From Candidatus Saccharibacteria bacterium UBA6824 (GTDB taxonomy: Bacteria > Patescibacteriota > Saccharimonadia > Saccharimonadales > UBA10212), in the NCBI GenBank assembly GCA_002452155.1, contig DKEK01000005.1, positions 70,675 to 134,674 on the forward strand: DNA of 64,000 bases, read 5' to 3'. Below are positions 62,540 through 64,000 of the stretch, in pieces (the first letter of the stretch is position 1; every line of letters begins with the position of its first letter). The notes beneath the pieces are model-generated. The model did not search any database and had not been told where the DNA came from. It saw only the letters and a program-made list of their open reading frames with translations. Made by a program: the position numbers and the translations under genes.

Positions 62540-62743
62540 AGTCGATCTCCTTTCCGTGTGAGAGTACTTAATTACATTAATATTGCGGCAAACTAGATAG
62601 TTATTGGGCTTTAATGAGTTGAAACGCGGCTGCTGATGTCTGGATAAACCAGAACTTTCGCCGTTTAGGCAAAAGGAGCGATGCTCCAATCAGCAGCCGG
62701 GGTGGGGGCCCGCGTAAAGCGGGCCCCCTTCCGACTATTCGTT

Positions 62744-63952
62744 CTACGGCCGAGGCGGAGGTGCCTTGATCGGGAACGACATCGACTGCGCCGACTGGCC
62801 GCTAAGGCCAGTGGTGTTGTCGTGCACGTTGACCGTGATCCTGTCGTTCTTGCCGACCGCCGTGGCGTCGTTAGGCGCCTTGTAGGTCGTGCAGATCCGG
62901 TCGTACCCCGATGAGGTGAACGTGAACGTCGAGCTCGGGAACGAGCCGAAGTTCGCGCTGAACACCACCGTCAGGCTGTTGCCGTTCTTACCAAACGCGT
63001 CGACGCAGATGTTCGGATACGTCTCCCCGTTGGCGTAGACCTCCTCCGGCGACGTCACGTTGCTCACCGACGGCGGTTGAGCCGGCGTTGTTGTGGTCGT
63101 GGTCGTCGTAGAGGTAGTCTGGGTGGTCCCCGGCTGGGTCACGGTGGTACCCGGTTGGGTGACCGTCGTTCCCGGTTGCGTGGTGGTCGTCGTAACCACC
63201 GGGCCACAGTTGATGTTGGCCTGCACTGCCGTCGACAGGTTGACGATCGCCTTCTCGAAGACGCTAGCGGAAACCGCACCCCGAACACGAATGAACTTGC
63301 TCAGGGAGATCGTGGCCTTCGCCATCGCATGCGCTGAAGCCGAGCCGCACGTATCGTGTACCTCGACGCTCACCTCCGCCAACAGCGGGATGGTGACCTT
63401 GAACGAGTTCACGATGACAACCGTGACGGCGGGAACTTCCCCGAGCTTGGCGAAGTTGAAGCACTTACGCCCGGTTTTGCCGCCCGCCACCTTGATGAGT
63501 CCCGTCGGAGATTTCTTCGAGTGGCAGAGCTGCGCCGGGGTTGTCTCCGGTTCGTAGACAACGCCATTGCCGGTCTTGTATCCGTTGCCCCACTTCTGGC
63601 CAGGCTTCGTCCAGAAGCAGTTCTTTCGGTTGACCTTGACGCCCTTGATGTGCATCTCGACGCCAAAGATCACTTCGCCGCTCGCGACGCTCTGAGCGCT
63701 AACGGACTTGCCTCCTACGACTGCAGTCACGTTTGTAACTGTGACCTTGTCGCAAGTGGCCGTCTTCGGGTTGAAGACGAAATCCTGCGGACACGTCGGT
63801 GTCGGATTGTTGCTCGACGCGAAGCCGAGTGTCTGCGTGAGCAGCTCGGATGCCTGAGCCGGCGACACTGTCGCGGCTGCAAGCCCGAGGGAGAGAAGCA
63901 GAACCAGCACGAGGCTGGCCCAGATATGCTTTCGCAATATCATTCGTTCCAT
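62744..63952 (-). CDS. secreted protein with Thr-rich QPGTTVT repeats, unknown function, high-GC gene
   Basis: Signal peptide MERMILRKHIWASLVLVLLLSLGLAAATVSPAQA. Three tandem 21-nt repeats encode QPGTTVT (about 63120-63190). A GC-rich hairpin GGGGGCCCGC-GTAAA-GCGGGCCCCC lies at 62702..62726, downstream of the stop. Sampled 60-nt lines are 57-62% GC. Confidence 0.6.
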   Translation of the reverse strand: MERMILRKHIWASLVLVLLLSLGLAAATVSPAQASELLTQTLGFASSNNPTPTCPQDFVFNPKTATCDKVTVTNVTAVVGGKSVSAQSVASGEVIFGVEMHIKGVKVNRKNCFWTKPGQKWGNGYKTGNGVVYEPETTPAQLCHSKKSPTGLIKVAGGKTGRKCFNFAKLGEVPAVTVVIVNSFKVTIPLLAEVSVEVHDTCGSASAHAMAKATISLSKFIRVRGAVSASVFEKAIVNLSTAVQANINCGPVVTTTTTQPGTTVTQPGTTVTQPGTTQTTSTTTTTTTTPAQPPSVSNVTSPEEVYANGETYPNICVDAFGKNGNSLTVVFSANFGSFPSSTFTFTSSGYDRICTTYKAPNDATAVGKNDRITVNVHDNTTGLSGQSAQSMSFPIKAPPPRP

Positions 63953-64000
63953 CCTTTCGTGATGGTCCGAGATTGACGGCGAGGCCTTTGGGCCCTCCTA

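Noticed and set aside
63356-63976. 206-aa plus-strand ORF, with several others at 63077..63557, in the high-GC end segment
   Set aside because: They are antisense to the 402-aa secreted-protein gene. Long spurious antisense ORFs are expected in high-GC DNA, and these are Arg-rich with low-complexity translations and no start context.

Overview
This is a gene-dense 64-kb bacterial chromosome segment. Long minus-strand operons carry housekeeping genes: uvrA, uvrC, pcrA, sbcB, obg, alaS, metG, mnmA, F1-ATPase genes, tpiA, pgk, rsmA, secG and rplY. I also call 8 tRNAs, one tmRNA, and many cell-envelope or secreted proteins (PBP5-like carboxypeptidase, MltG, LysM/CHAP hydrolase, RpfB/YabE-like protein, type IV pilin-like protein, LPXTG protein, MprF-like protein, two DedA, ExoD). 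Compact UvrC and AlaRS, COG2827 GIY-YIG ORFs beside tRNAs and many small secreted proteins fit a reduced-genome CPR/Saccharibacteria-like organism; that assignment is inference only. I found no rRNA, CRISPR array, transposase or integrase.

Main observations, all read directly from the sequence:
1. A 20-nt GC-rich palindrome, CCTGCCTGCCGGCAGGCAGG, occurs once intergenically as a 42-nt hairpin. It also occurs three times inside genes (ftsA-like, mnmA, atpH), always in the frame giving LPAGRQ or LPAGQA.
2. tRNA 3' ends are recombination scars. tRNA-Gly is followed by a GIY-YIG cassette bounded by a duplicated tRNA 3' end. Next comes a single-gene cassette bounded by 17-bp direct repeats that encodes an orphan di-haem cytochrome b-like protein. 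An 18-nt copy of the tRNA-Val 3' end sits beside tRNA-Leu(CAG) and a frameshifted GIY-YIG gene.
3. A ~66-nt hairpin motif is present twice, with compensatory base changes between the copies. One copy lies upstream of a secreted Gly/Cys-rich peptide gene; the other lies between uvrA and a small-membrane-protein/PaaX-like pair.
4. The F-ATPase operon has b-like, delta, alpha, gamma, beta and epsilon genes but no a or c gene. In that position is a secreted protein whose C-terminal two-helix RNP hairpin resembles subunit c.
5. Two segments of about 58-68% GC (47.3-48.0 kb and 62.7-64.0 kb) stand out against a background near 48-50%. They may be foreign DNA or an assembly chimera.

Several other structured intergenic elements are listed in the findings.
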